From NCBI GenBank assembly GCA_046329535.1, contig JAXLUN010000006.1:72429-136428 (forward strand): a stretch of DNA of 64,000 bases, in the 5' to 3' direction. Below are positions 49,101 to 57,689 of the stretch, in pieces. A program made the translations under genes and the position numbers. Source of the stretch: Chitinophagales bacterium. Its GTDB lineage: Bacteria > Bacteroidota > Bacteroidia > Chitinophagales > LD1. The notes under the pieces were generated by a model. That model worked only from the letters and a program-made list of their open reading frames with translations, was not told the origin of the DNA and ran no database searches. Each line of letters starts with the position of its first letter. The first letter of the stretch is position 1.

Positions 49101-52100
49101 ACCATCAATGGTCACCTGCTCGCTAAAGGTGCCATTGGTTATCAGCACTACGTGATAGGCATTACCATTATTTCCAATATCGCCACTCAGTGTGGTCAGG
49201 TTGGCGGCAATATCGCGTGTGCCGCCACCGGTAGGGTGGCCTCCATACACTGCCAAATTGGTGAGGATGTGGAAGGTGGCATCGCGCGGGTCGGGGGTGG
49301 TTATGGTATTGCCATTGCTCAGGTAAGGTTTATGCAAGGGTTTGTAAGTGCCTGCGGCTACATTGATGGTAGTAATATTAGGGCAGGCTGCTGCTTTTTG
49401 CAGGGCCTCGCTCAGCTCTTTATAGGCAGTAGCCCAGGTTTCTCCATTGCCCGAGGTGGTTACGCTTTGGTCTACATACAAGGTATTGCCCGCAGGGCAT
49501 GTACTTACCGGTTGGGTAATAAAAATGGTCTCAATGATAGAGCAACCACCGGCATCGGTAATAGTAACCGTGTAGCTGCCGGCAGTAAGGTCGGTGCGGT
49601 TTTGGGTAGTAGGCCCATCGCCCCATGCGTAGGTATAAGGGGCGGTGCCACCTTCAACCGTAAGGGTTATACTTCCATCGTTGCCACCGGCTGTAGTTAC
49701 GTTGGCAGGCACCACACTAGTGGTTACAACGCCCACCACAACTTGTTTTTCGGTTGTGCAGCCATTCGCATCTTTAACCATTACATTATAGGTGCCTGCA
49801 GTTAAGCCGCTAAAGGTATAAGGGTTGTTCTGGGCTGTAAAAGTTGCTCCATCGCTGGCATATTGATAGGGTGAAGTTCCACCTGTGGCATTTACTGTTA
49901 TGCTGCCTGTAGTGGCTCCGCATGCATTTACCTGCGTAGTGGTGAAATCAAGTAAAGGGGGCTCGTTAATAGTAACTGATGCTGTTGCTTCGCAATTACC
50001 ATCACTAACGGTTACGATATAGAAGCCCGAAGAAACAAGCTTATTATTACCCAAAAAAGTTTTGTTAAGACTACTACCATCATATCCGTTATTCCATACA
50101 TAGGTGTAATTTCCGGTTCCTCCGGTAGCTGTTACGGTGGCGTTTCCGTTAACTCCGCCATTGCAGGAGACATGCGTAACGGAGGTAATAGCAGCGGTTA
50201 AGTTGCAGTTGAAGGTATTTACCGGGTAGCTGCCGGTAGCCGAGCAGCCTTGTGCATCTGTAACGGTTACGTTGTAAACACCGGCAGTGAGGTTGGCAAT
50301 ATCCTGCGTGGTAGCGATGCCGGGGCTCCAGATGTAATTGTAAGCAGGTGTGCCATCGTTTACCGTAAGGTCAATAGCCCCATTGCTGCCGCCATTGGTG
50401 CTTACCAGGGTGGTGCTTGCCGTAACCGATAAAGTATTGGCAAACTGGGTAACAGTAGCGTTGGCCGTAGCGGTGCAGCCGCTGGCATCGGTAACGGTGA
50501 GGTTATAGGTGCCGGGGGTGTTTACCACCAGGGTGTTGGTATTGCTTAACGCGGTATTAAACTTCAATACCGTGGTTTTATCTCCATTTCCACCATCTTT
50601 ATAAGCCACATAAAGGGTACCGGTATTATCTATGGATAAGCTTTGATAATCGGAATAACCTGCCGAGAAGCCGGCATTACCTACATTGACCCAAGCGGTA
50701 CCATTAAACTTCATTACGGTGGTTTTAGCGCCATTTGCGGCATCTTTGTATACCACATAAGGGGTGCCTGTATTATCTATGGCCAGTTTTTGGTTGAAGG
50801 CTTGCCCTTGCGAAAAGCCCGCATTGCCAACATTCACCCAGGCAGTGCCGTCAAACTTTCTGACCGTGGTTTTGTTACTACTTGCCCAATCTTTATAAGC
50901 CACATAAGGGGTACCGGTATTATCTATGGCTAAGCTTTGGTTGTCGGCCCCCCCCAGCGAGACATCCACATTGCCTACATTGATCCAGGCAGTGCCGTCA
51001 AACTTCAGTACCGTAGTTTTGGACTGTAAACCATTCAAGTAAGTTACATAGGGTGTGCCGTTATAAATAGCGAGGCTTTGGTAGTCGGAATAAGGTGATG
51101 AGAAAGCCGCATTGCCCACATTGACCCAAGCCGTGCCATTAAACTTCATTACCGTGGTTTTGTAGTTAGCTGTCATATCCTGATAAGCCACGTAAGGGGT
51201 GCCGGTATTATCTATAGCTAAGCTTTGGTAGGATGCAGCACCTGCCGAGAAACCTGCATTGCCTACAGTGACCCAGGCGGTACCGTTAAATTTCATCACC
51301 GTGGTTTTGCTGTTGTTTCCATAATCTCTATACGCCACATAAGGGATGTTATTGTAAATTGTCAGGCTTTGGTAACTTGCTTCATCTGCCGAGAAACCCG
51401 CATTGCCCACAGTTACCCAGGCAGTGCCGTCAAACTTCATCACGGTGGTTTTGTCGTTATTGGCTGCATCCTTGTAAGCCACATAAGGGGTGCCGTTATT
51501 ATCTATGGCCAGGCTTTGGTGGGAAGCCTGATCTGCCGAGAAGCCCGGTGTGCCTACATTTACCCAGCCGGTTGGTATGGCCGGGTTTTGCCAGTTGTAG
51601 GTATACCCTGCCACCTGTGCCGTGCTAAGGGTGGTAGAGCTGCCCGCGCAAATGCCGGTGTTGCCTGTAATGGCAGCGCTTAGTGTGTTACTGGTTATTG
51701 TTTCAGATGCAGATGCCGTGCAGCCGTTACTGCTTGTAGCCGTAACAGTATAGGTGCCTGCTGCCGTGGCCGAGATAGTTGCCGTGGTTGCATTGGTGCT
51801 CCATACGTAGGTGCTTCCGCCATTGGCGGTTAGGTCAATACTGGTAGTGGTGCAGGTTAATGCAGTGGTGGTAGGGTTGTTGGTAATGGTAGGTGCAGGT
51901 ATAGTTGGCTGTGCATTGATGGTTACAGGGGCAGATGCCGGTGAGATGCAACCGTTTTGGTCCTGAACGGTGAAGGTGTAAGTGCCTGCCGCCAGCCCGC
52001 TGAAAGTGGCTATTGCTGTTGAACCAGTTAAGGTGGCACCGCCAGTGGCGGTTACTGTCCAGGCAGCAGCCGGTAAACCGCTCAACTCCACACTTCCCGT

Positions 52101-55100
52101 AGATAGAGCACAGGTAGGGTGAGTGATGTTGCCTATGGTGGGTGCTGAAGGTTGTGCCGGTGGTAGATTCACTACTGCATTAGCTGAAGAAGGTGATGTG
52201 CAACCCGATGTGGTTACGGTAAATGTATAGCTATAACCTCCAAATAAATTGGTGAAATCAGCGGTATTAGTATTTGAACCTGTAATAGTAGCGCCATACT
52301 GGTTTGTAACTGTCCATGAACCAGAAGCAGGTAAACCGTTTAACGTTACACTACCGGTTGGAACCGGACAGGTAGGTTGAGTAATAGTGCCGATGATTGG
52401 GGCTGTGGGGTTGGCGTTTACGGTAATTGAACTGCCGGCTGTAGCGGTACAACCGCTGCTTGTTACGGTAACTGTGTATGGAGTGGTAGTTCCAGGGTTT
52501 ACGGTAATAGCCGCAGTGGTAGCACTAGTGCTCCACAAATAGGTGCCGCCACCGGTGGCAGTTAAAGTTGCCGAAGCTCCGTTGCAAATGGTGCCGTCAT
52601 TATTAGCTGTTCCCGAAGTTTCGGTAACACCAATGCTTACAGAAGGATTAGCATTAACGGTAATTGAACTGCCGGCTGTAGCGGTACAACCGCTGCTTGT
52701 TACGGTAACTGTGTATGGAGTGGTAGTTCCCGGGTTTACGGTAATAGCCGCAGTGGTAGCACTAGTGCTCCACAAATAAGTGCCGCCACCGGAAGCAGTT
52801 AAAGTTGCTGAAGCTCCGTTGCAAATGGTGCCGTCATTATTAGTTGTTCCCGAAGTTTCGGTAACACCAATGCTTACAGAAGGATTAGCATTTACGGTAA
52901 TTGAACTGCTTGCTGTAGCGGTACAACCGCTGCTTGTTACGGTAACTGTGTAAGGGGTGGTAGTTCCCGGGTTTACGGTAATAGCCGCAGTGGTAGCACT
53001 AGTGCTCCACAAATAAGTGCCGCCACCGGAAGCAGTTAAAGTTGCCGAAGCTCCGTTGCAAATGGTGCCGTCATTATTAGCTGTTCCTGAAGTTTCGGTA
53101 ACACCAATGCTTGCTGTTGGGTTCGCATTTACAGTTACTGTAACACATGCAGGTGCAGAGGTGCAGCCCGCCAATGTTTGAGTAGCGCAGTAGCTGCCAC
53201 TCATGGCAGTTGTTGAATTGGGACGGGTTGGGTTTTGTGTGGTAGAGGTATATGTGTTAGGGCCTGTCCAGTTAAAGCTGGTTCCGGCTCCTGTTGCTGT
53301 AAGATTAATAGTGCTGCCTGCGCATACCGGTGAGTTGCTGCCCACTGTTGGTGCTGCCGGTGCCGATGGGTCACTGAGCACCACAGGTCCGCTGTATGCA
53401 GAAGAAGAACAACCGCCCAGTGTTACAATTATATTGGTGTAATTGCCCGCACCCAAACCGGTAATAGTAAGTTGTCCGCTGCCGTTGCTGGTAAAGTTAG
53501 CAGCAGATTGTGGTGTGCCGTTCTTAGAATAAGTAACTGAATAAGTGGTGCTGTTGCTTAAACCGGTGAGCACGATGGTGCCGTTGGTTGCTCCGCAGGT
53601 AGCAGGGTTGGTAGAAGTAGAGAAACTAAAGGTTGGGCCGTTAGTTACGGTTACCGTATAGCTGTTGCTGGCGATGCACCCGCTGGCATTAGAAACAGCT
53701 AATGAGTAAGTAGTATTAGACGAAGGTGAAAAACTGCTGCTCGTCTGGCTGCTGCCACCGCTGTTGCTCCAGGCATAAGTAGTGGCACCGGCAGGACCGG
53801 TAAGCGTTACACCCGCACCGTTGCAAATCACACCATCGTTGGCTGTTCCTGATGTTTCGTTGGCTGTAATAGTTGGTGTGGCAGGGTTGGCGTTTACGGT
53901 AATTGAACTGCCGGCTGTAGCGGTACAACCGCTGCTTGTTACGGTAACTGTGTATGGAGTGGTAGTTCCCGGGTTTACGGTAATAGCCGCAGTGGTAGCA
54001 CTAGTGCTCCACAAATAAGTGCCGCCACCGGAAGCAGTTAAAGTTGCTGAAGCTCCGTTGCAAATGGTGCCGTCATTATTAGTTGTTCCCGAAGTTTCGG
54101 TAACACCAATGCTTACAGAAGGATTAGCATTTACGGTAATTGAACTGCTTGCTGTAGCGGTACAACCGCTGCTTGTTACGGTAACTGTGTAAGGGGTGGT
54201 AGTTCCCGGGTTTACGGTAATAGCCGCAGTGGTAGCAGTGGTGCTCCACAAATAAGTGCCGCCACCGGTGGCAGTTAAAGTTGCCGAAGCTCCGTTGCAA
54301 ATGGTGCCGTCATTATTAGTTGTTCCCGAAGTTTCGGTAACACCAATGCTGGCTGTTGGGTTAGCGTTTACCGTCACCGAAGTACTTGCCGTTGCCGTGC
54401 AAGAGCTTGCATCGGTTACTGTTACATTATATGCTCCACTCATAGCAGTGGTAGAAGACGCACGCGTTGCCGGACTACCGGTGGCAGTCCATGCTCCTCC
54501 TGCGCTGCTTGCCCATGAGTAAGTGTATGTTGGAGTTCCGCCACTTGGGCTTGCACTTACACTTATAGTAGCACCTGAGCAGTATGCACCGGTATTGCTT
54601 GCTGTTGTGGTTAATGGAGCATAAGTACAAGTTACTCCTGATGGGGTTGAACCACCTGATAAAAAGTTAGAGGTGCTGCCCGTTAATGTAAAGCCCGACA
54701 AAGTTCCGGGGTAGGTGCTTTTAGAATCTGTCAAAGTGGTAATAGCCGTATTATTACCAGCATCGGTGCCCTGGTTAAACTGGTAGTAAGCCAGTAAATT
54801 ACTGCTGAGTGTGCCACCCAGTTGGCAATTGCGTTGGTTAATAATGTCGCCATCGCACAAAGCAGTATTCCAAATTCTTACTTCGTCAATGGTGCCATTA
54901 AAATTTTGAGGATTGTTTGGACTGTTCCCAATAGACAATGTGGTTGTACCAGAACTTGCATTATATGTAAATGCAGTTTGTGCTACTCCATCTATAAATA
55001 CTTTCGAGCCATTGGTAACACCATTTTGAAAAACAAAAGCTACATGATGCCAGTTGTTATCGTTATAGGTACCTGCTGAAGTAAAACTTGCACCTCCGCT

Positions 55101-57161
55101 CCAATTGTGTACGTAGATTTTGTTGTCTAACAGAAAAATGCCGTAGTAAAATTCTTTAACCACAATAGCGCGGAATGAACTGCCTGCATTACTGGTTTTA
55201 AACCATGCTTCGAGGGTACCCGAACTCATATTGAATGTGGTAGAGTTGCTGATGGTAACTACATCATCTACTCCATCAAAATTTAAGGCAGTAGCACCAG
55301 TAACTGCAGAAGTCGCCTGACTGTTGTTTGCTTGCGTAGCAGGCGTAAACCAGCAAGGGCCGTTGGTGTTTTGATACGCCACTACCCAATAGTAATAAGT
55401 AGTAGAAGCACTTAAACCGGTACTGCTAAATGGCACCGAACTTCCCAGTGTGGTGGTGGAGTTAACCACCGTATATGTTCCTCCCCATGTAACTGAATTT
55501 CCGGCAGTAGGCACGGCAGTTCCTGATGCCGGTGCGGTAGGTGCAGTGTTAGTCGTATTTCTCAACAACACATAACCGCTTGCTGCATTTCCTCCGTTGG
55601 TATAAGTAACATTTGTTGTAGTAGCCGATGAAGTAACCCCACTAAACGTACCAAAAGCTACAGTGCCGTTAGGTGCGGTGCAGGTAGCCACATTTGCGCC
55701 CAACTGCGCCACAAATACATCATCAAAATTAACCGTGTTATTGGTAAGGGTGTCCGTATCAAAGATAGATTTCAAACCATCAAAAGCACCAGCGAAGGAA
55801 ACTCTGCCGGTGGCATCCACTGTAATTGATTGTACTCTGTCGTTTTTGGTTCCCCCTGCTCCTTTAACCCATAAAATAGTACCCGCTGCATCGTATTTTA
55901 CAGTGGCATTATCAAAAGTTCCCGAGTTATCCATATTGTTTAATGTAGTAGCGCCCACAGTTAAAGAGGATCCGGTATAACTAGCCGCCATGTAAACATT
56001 GTTGCTAGGATCGGTAGCTACATCCAAACCATAGGTGTTGCCACTAAAAGTACCGGCACTTTTTGCCCACTGCGGAGTGCCCGAAGAATTAAGTTTGGCA
56101 ATAAACAAATCATAGTTTCCGGTTAGGTTTAAATTAGTAGTACCAAAAGCAAAGGTGCCTGAGGTAAAATCTCCGGTAACATAAATATTAGAATTACCAT
56201 CGGTGGTAATACCTATCCCTTTATCGGTGCCAGATCCCCCGTATCTGTTTGCCCAGATATTATTACCGGTTGCACCGTCATACTTTGCCACAAAAATATC
56301 ATCAATACCGGCTGTGGAAATGGAACTAAATCCACCGTCAAAACTAAGGTCAGTACTGTTGGAATAACCGGTTATAATCGCATTTCCAGCAGCATCGGTA
56401 GTCACTGATTTGCCATAATCATTACTAGTACCTCCGGCAGATTGCGCCCATTGAAAAGTACCATCAGCTGCATACTTAGCTATAAAAATATCCGGCTGAC
56501 CGAAATTGGGTAAAGTACTGTTTGCATTATATAAGGTTGCCTGTCCTTCAAAATCAAGTGTAGCTCCACGAAAAATTCCGGTAATAAAAACATTGCCGCT
56601 GGCATCAACGTCTACCGAATTGGATATTTCACTTCCTTTGTTTCCGGTAACACCGGTGGCCTGTTTTGCCCACAACGCATTACCATTACTAGGATCGAAT
56701 TTGGCTAAGAAAATATCACCGTAACCTCCTCCCGGATTGCTGTTGGTAAGGGTGGAGCTTCCAAAAGTGTGGGTAGCACTCGAAAAAGTACCGGTTACAA
56801 AAATATTGCCCGATGCATCTGTGACTACATCATAAGGTATGGTGCTAAAAGTGGAACCCATATTAATGGCCCATTGCACCACACCAGAAGAATTGTATTT
56901 GACCAAAAAGCCATCCGAAGAGTTGCTGGTTCTGGTTAAAGTAATAGTGCCAAATGTTATAGTAGTGTTGGCATAATAGCCGGTTACATACACATTACCG
57001 CTGGCATCGCTGGTAATACTGGCTGCATAGTCATTATCGGTGCCACCGGCACGGTTAGCCCAGTTAAAATTTGGGGCTTGAGCAAAAGAGATTTGACTAA
57101 AAAAAAGTATAGCCAGCAATAAAATGAAGATAGATTTGTTTAACTGATTTAACATGGGCAT
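46173..57161 (-). CDS. 3662-aa mosaic surface protein with T9SS type-B (gliding-motility-associated) C-terminal domain
   Basis: Uninterrupted 10.99-kb ORF. From N- to C-terminus it has a signal peptide, SBBP-type propeller repeats (~55.7-57.1 kb) and a LamG/Laminin_G_3 domain (54830-55295). Ig-like repeats follow (51.9-54.8 kb), then seven 47-48-aa repeats (50555-51575) and SprB repeats (49.5-50.5 kb). Two parallel beta-helix modules occupy 46.76-49.5 kb. The C-terminus reads SLSPNGDGTNDVL...WDGN...VTLIR. Confidence 0.9.
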   Translation of the reverse strand: MPMLNQLNKSIFILLLAILFFSQISFAQAPNFNWANRAGGTDNDYAASITSDASGNVYVTGYYANTTITFGTITLTRTSNSSDGFLVKYNSSGVVQWAINMGSTFSTIPYDVVTDASGNIFVTGTFSSATHTFGSSTLTNSNPGGGYGDIFLAKFDPSNGNALWAKQATGVTGNKGSEISNSVDVDASGNVFITGIFRGATLDFEGQATLYNANSTLPNFGQPDIFIAKYAADGTFQWAQSAGGTSNDYGKSVTTDAAGNAIITGYSNSTDLSFDGGFSSISTAGIDDIFVAKYDGATGNNIWANRYGGSGTDKGIGITTDGNSNIYVTGDFTSGTFAFGTTNLNLTGNYDLFIAKLNSSGTPQWAKSAGTFSGNTYGLDVATDPSNNVYMAASYTGSSLTVGATTLNNMDNSGTFDNATVKYDAAGTILWVKGAGGTKNDRVQSITVDATGRVSFAGAFDGLKSIFDTDTLTNNTVNFDDVFVAQLGANVATCTAPNGTVAFGTFSGVTSSATTTNVTYTNGGNAASGYVLLRNTTNTAPTAPASGTAVPTAGNSVTWGGTYTVVNSTTTLGSSVPFSSTGLSASTTYYYWVVAYQNTNGPCWFTPATQANNSQATSAVTGATALNFDGVDDVVTISNSTTFNMSSGTLEAWFKTSNAGSSFRAIVVKEFYYGIFLLDNKIYVHNWSGGASFTSAGTYNDNNWHHVAFVFQNGVTNGSKVFIDGVAQTAFTYNASSGTTTLSIGNSPNNPQNFNGTIDEVRIWNTALCDGDIINQRNCQLGGTLSSNLLAYYQFNQGTDAGNNTAITTLTDSKSTYPGTLSGFTLTGSTSNFLSGGSTPSGVTCTYAPLTTTASNTGAYCSGATISVSASPSGGTPTYTYSWASSAGGAWTATGSPATRASSTTAMSGAYNVTVTDASSCTATASTSVTVNANPTASIGVTETSGTTNNDGTICNGASATLTATGGGTYLWSTTATTAAITVNPGTTTPYTVTVTSSGCTATASSSITVNANPSVSIGVTETSGTTNNDGTICNGASATLTASGGGTYLWSTSATTAAITVNPGTTTPYTVTVTSSGCTATAGSSITVNANPATPTITANETSGTANDGVICNGAGVTLTGPAGATTYAWSNSGGSSQTSSSFSPSSNTTYSLAVSNASGCIASNSYTVTVTNGPTFSFSTSTNPATCGATNGTIVLTGLSNSTTYSVTYSKNGTPQSAANFTSNGSGQLTITGLGAGNYTNIIVTLGGCSSSAYSGPVVLSDPSAPAAPTVGSNSPVCAGSTINLTATGAGTSFNWTGPNTYTSTTQNPTRPNSTTAMSGSYCATQTLAGCTSAPACVTVTVNANPTASIGVTETSGTANNDGTICNGASATLTASGGGTYLWSTSATTAAITVNPGTTTPYTVTVTSSGCTATASSSITVNANPSVSIGVTETSGTTNNDGTICNGASATLTASGGGTYLWSTSATTAAITVNPGTTTPYTVTVTSSGCTATAGSSITVNANPSVSIGVTETSGTANNDGTICNGASATLTATGGGTYLWSTSATTAAITVNPGTTTPYTVTVTSSGCTATAGSSITVNANPTAPIIGTITQPTCPVPTGSVTLNGLPASGSWTVTNQYGATITGSNTNTADFTNLFGGYSYTFTVTTSGCTSPSSANAVVNLPPAQPSAPTIGNITHPTCALSTGSVELSGLPAAAWTVTATGGATLTGSTAIATFSGLAAGTYTFTVQDQNGCISPASAPVTINAQPTIPAPTITNNPTTTALTCTTTSIDLTANGGSTYVWSTNATTATISATAAGTYTVTATSSNGCTASASETITSNTLSAAITGNTGICAGSSTTLSTAQVAGYTYNWQNPAIPTGWVNVGTPGFSADQASHQSLAIDNNGTPYVAYKDAANNDKTTVMKFDGTAWVTVGNAGFSADEASYQSLTIYNNIPYVAYRDYGNNSKTTVMKFNGTAWVTVGNAGFSAGAASYQSLAIDNTGTPYVAYQDMTANYKTTVMKFNGTAWVNVGNAAFSSPYSDYQSLAIYNGTPYVTYLNGLQSKTTVLKFDGTAWINVGNVDVSLGGADNQSLAIDNTGTPYVAYKDWASSNKTTVRKFDGTAWVNVGNAGFSQGQAFNQKLAIDNTGTPYVVYKDAANGAKTTVMKFNGTAWVNVGNAGFSAGYSDYQSLSIDNTGTLYVAYKDGGNGDKTTVLKFNTALSNTNTLVVNTPGTYNLTVTDASGCTATANATVTQFANTLSVTASTTLVSTNGGSNGAIDLTVNDGTPAYNYIWSPGIATTQDIANLTAGVYNVTVTDAQGCSATGSYPVNTFNCNLTAAITSVTHVSCNGGVNGNATVTATGGTGNYTYVWNNGYDGSSLNKTFLGNNKLVSSGFYIVTVSDGNCEATASVTINEPPLLDFTTTQVNACGATTGSITVNATGGTSPYQYASDGATFTAQNNPYTFSGLTAGTYNVMVKDANGCTTEKQVVVGVVTTSVVPANVTTAGGNDGSITLTVEGGTAPYTYAWGDGPTTQNRTDLTAGSYTVTITDAGGCSIIETIFITQPVSTCPAGNTLYVDQSVTTSGNGETWATAYKELSEALQKAAACPNITTINVAAGTYKPLHKPYLSNGNTITTPDPRDATFHILTNLAVYGGHPTGGGTRDIAANLTTLSGDIGNNGNAYHVVLITNGTFSEQVTIDGFTITDGKADGGGKIEVSVFNQSSFSVDQHSGGGIYTCSGITTISNNNITGNTSGSDGGGIYTFIGDNTISNNIISGNSANGGDGGGIKCFNSNSTISNNTVSGNLAGIDGGGIKCFNSNSTISNNTVSGNLAVIDGGGIETTNGSNTLSNNTLSRNEAEHGGGICTDYGNNTLSNNTLSRNTAGTDGGGIYTNGGKNTISNNILWNNNAAGSSSIAEADYGRGNNTTNTFTNNLLQLQQTEYTGANENDLGSGATGNLFAVDPKFVNANDPNVDAGLQLQAGSPAINAGITGSGIPATDKLGKARVGATDIGAYEFTDPCNAPVLYVDQTVTTSGNGDSWATAIKELSDALKKAHECPNVTQILVAKGTYKPAFKPFENGEEITANTTDRDKTFHLRGNLAVYGGYDATTGTRDIAANPTILSGDIGTDNNNTDNTYHVVLIANANAADIDTLDGFTISGGNGNGGVTASLTINGQSVNKGYGGGIYTYSGTNIISNNTISANTVNKKGGGIYTESGTNTISNNTFSNNTASNFFAPNGGGIYTSGGTNTISNNTINGNTASANGGGIYTDNGTVTIINNTISGNTAGGKGGGISGVGTISNNTITGNTANYGGGISGVGTISNNTITGNTAQTYGGGIKTSGDNTINNNIFWNNKAGNDANAYSADYYTEFSPGTGDVRPNNTFKNNLLQLPSNKYTSWQMGLISLLGSGSSGNIFAQDPQFEDASDIDGPDNKHRTDDDGLRLNAESPCINTGIKDNAPEKDILDSTRRGNPEMGAYEYTKCDYPEFTVRATSASSCHESHAQLQYSESITLTAEVSGYGGTAPVSYLWSAEYVVLGSPTSEETSCRFGDNTVADIVKLSVSQLGCTANTEYKVDVYLTINPSLSPNGDGTNDVLTATGTYHDMTNALWKIRSTSTNQLVKTGTGPLNWDGNTDGGENCPAGEYAVTLYINGKEERFNGEKRNQYERVVTLIR
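47207..47338 (-). repeat. 2 x 66-bp tandem duplication inside beta-helix module 2
   Basis: The first 58 nt of each copy are identical (47207-47264 and 47273-47330). It encodes ISNNTITGNTA..GGGISGVGT twice. Confidence 0.9.
48688..48843 (-). repeat. 2 x 78-bp tandem duplication inside beta-helix module 1
   Basis: The copies at 48688-48765 and 48766-48843 differ at 3 positions. It encodes GGGIKCFNSNSTISNNTVSGNLA(G/V)ID twice. Confidence 0.9.
50555..51575 (-). repeat. seven tandem 47-48-aa coding repeats (W[VI]xVGNAGFS...YQSLAIDNTGTPYVAYKD...KTTVMKF[ND]GTA)
   Basis: Counted in the translation. The copies diverge at DNA level. Confidence 0.85.
52410..53130 (-). repeat. 3 x 237-bp near-identical tandem coding repeats (79-aa Ig-like unit), array A
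   Basis: CGGTAATTGA anchors lie at 52421, 52658 and 52895 (exact 237-bp period). By eye there are only a handful of substitutions per copy. Confidence 0.9.
53885..54365 (-). repeat. 2 x 237-bp copies of the same unit, array B
   Basis: Anchors lie at 53897 and 54134. The unit is near-identical to array A, which lies 760 bp away. Confidence 0.9.
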
Positions 57162-57689
57162 TAATTTTTTTGTTCTAAAAAACTAAAAGAAGATTTTTGA
57201 AACGGACCAGTCAAACGAGTTATACATAAGTATATATTCTCATCCTGCCATTTAGCGGCTGAATTTGTTATCCCCGAATGTTAATGCCAAAAATCGTTTT
57301 AGTCCTTGTGTCCTGTTTGCTAAAGTAAAAATCAATTTAACACTTGCAATAAATCTTGATCAAAAAAGTGGATTACTCTCAAATTAAAATGTGTTTTAGC
57401 TGTGTAGTTGTTATTGGAGCCACCGGCAAGGTTTGTCTAGCTAAATGGAAGTGGTTGAGCAAAAAGTGTTTACTAAAACATGCCAAGCATCAAGCAGAGA
57501 AACACAGCAATTTCATTTTAGAAATCTTCATTGAGGCAGAGTTTGAAAATGATAAAAGAGAAGGGCAGTAAATCATGTAATGAAGATAAATATTGAATGT
57601 TTTTTGACTGGTCGAATATCACTAAAAAGTTATTCGCTGGAAAAAAATGAAACCGTTTTCTCCCTCACTCCAGGTTGTTTAAGTTCAAA

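Noticed and set aside
52410-54365. Regularly spaced identical repeats that could be mistaken for a CRISPR array
   Set aside because: The units are 237 bp and contiguous, with no spacers. They are in frame within a coding sequence, and there are no cas genes in the window.
46312-56724. About 25 ORFs of 60-255 aa on both strands inside the 3662-aa gene (for example 49038..49805 +, 51225..51683 +, 47354..47671 -)
   Set aside because: They are off-frame or antisense readings of Gly/Thr/Ala/Asn-rich repeats. Only the 10.99-kb frame gives coherent domain sequence.
57356-57571. 71-aa plus-strand ORF in the intergenic region upstream of the giant adhesin
   Set aside because: It has low-complexity composition, no recognisable family or start context, and is divergent from all neighbours. 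It is probably non-coding.
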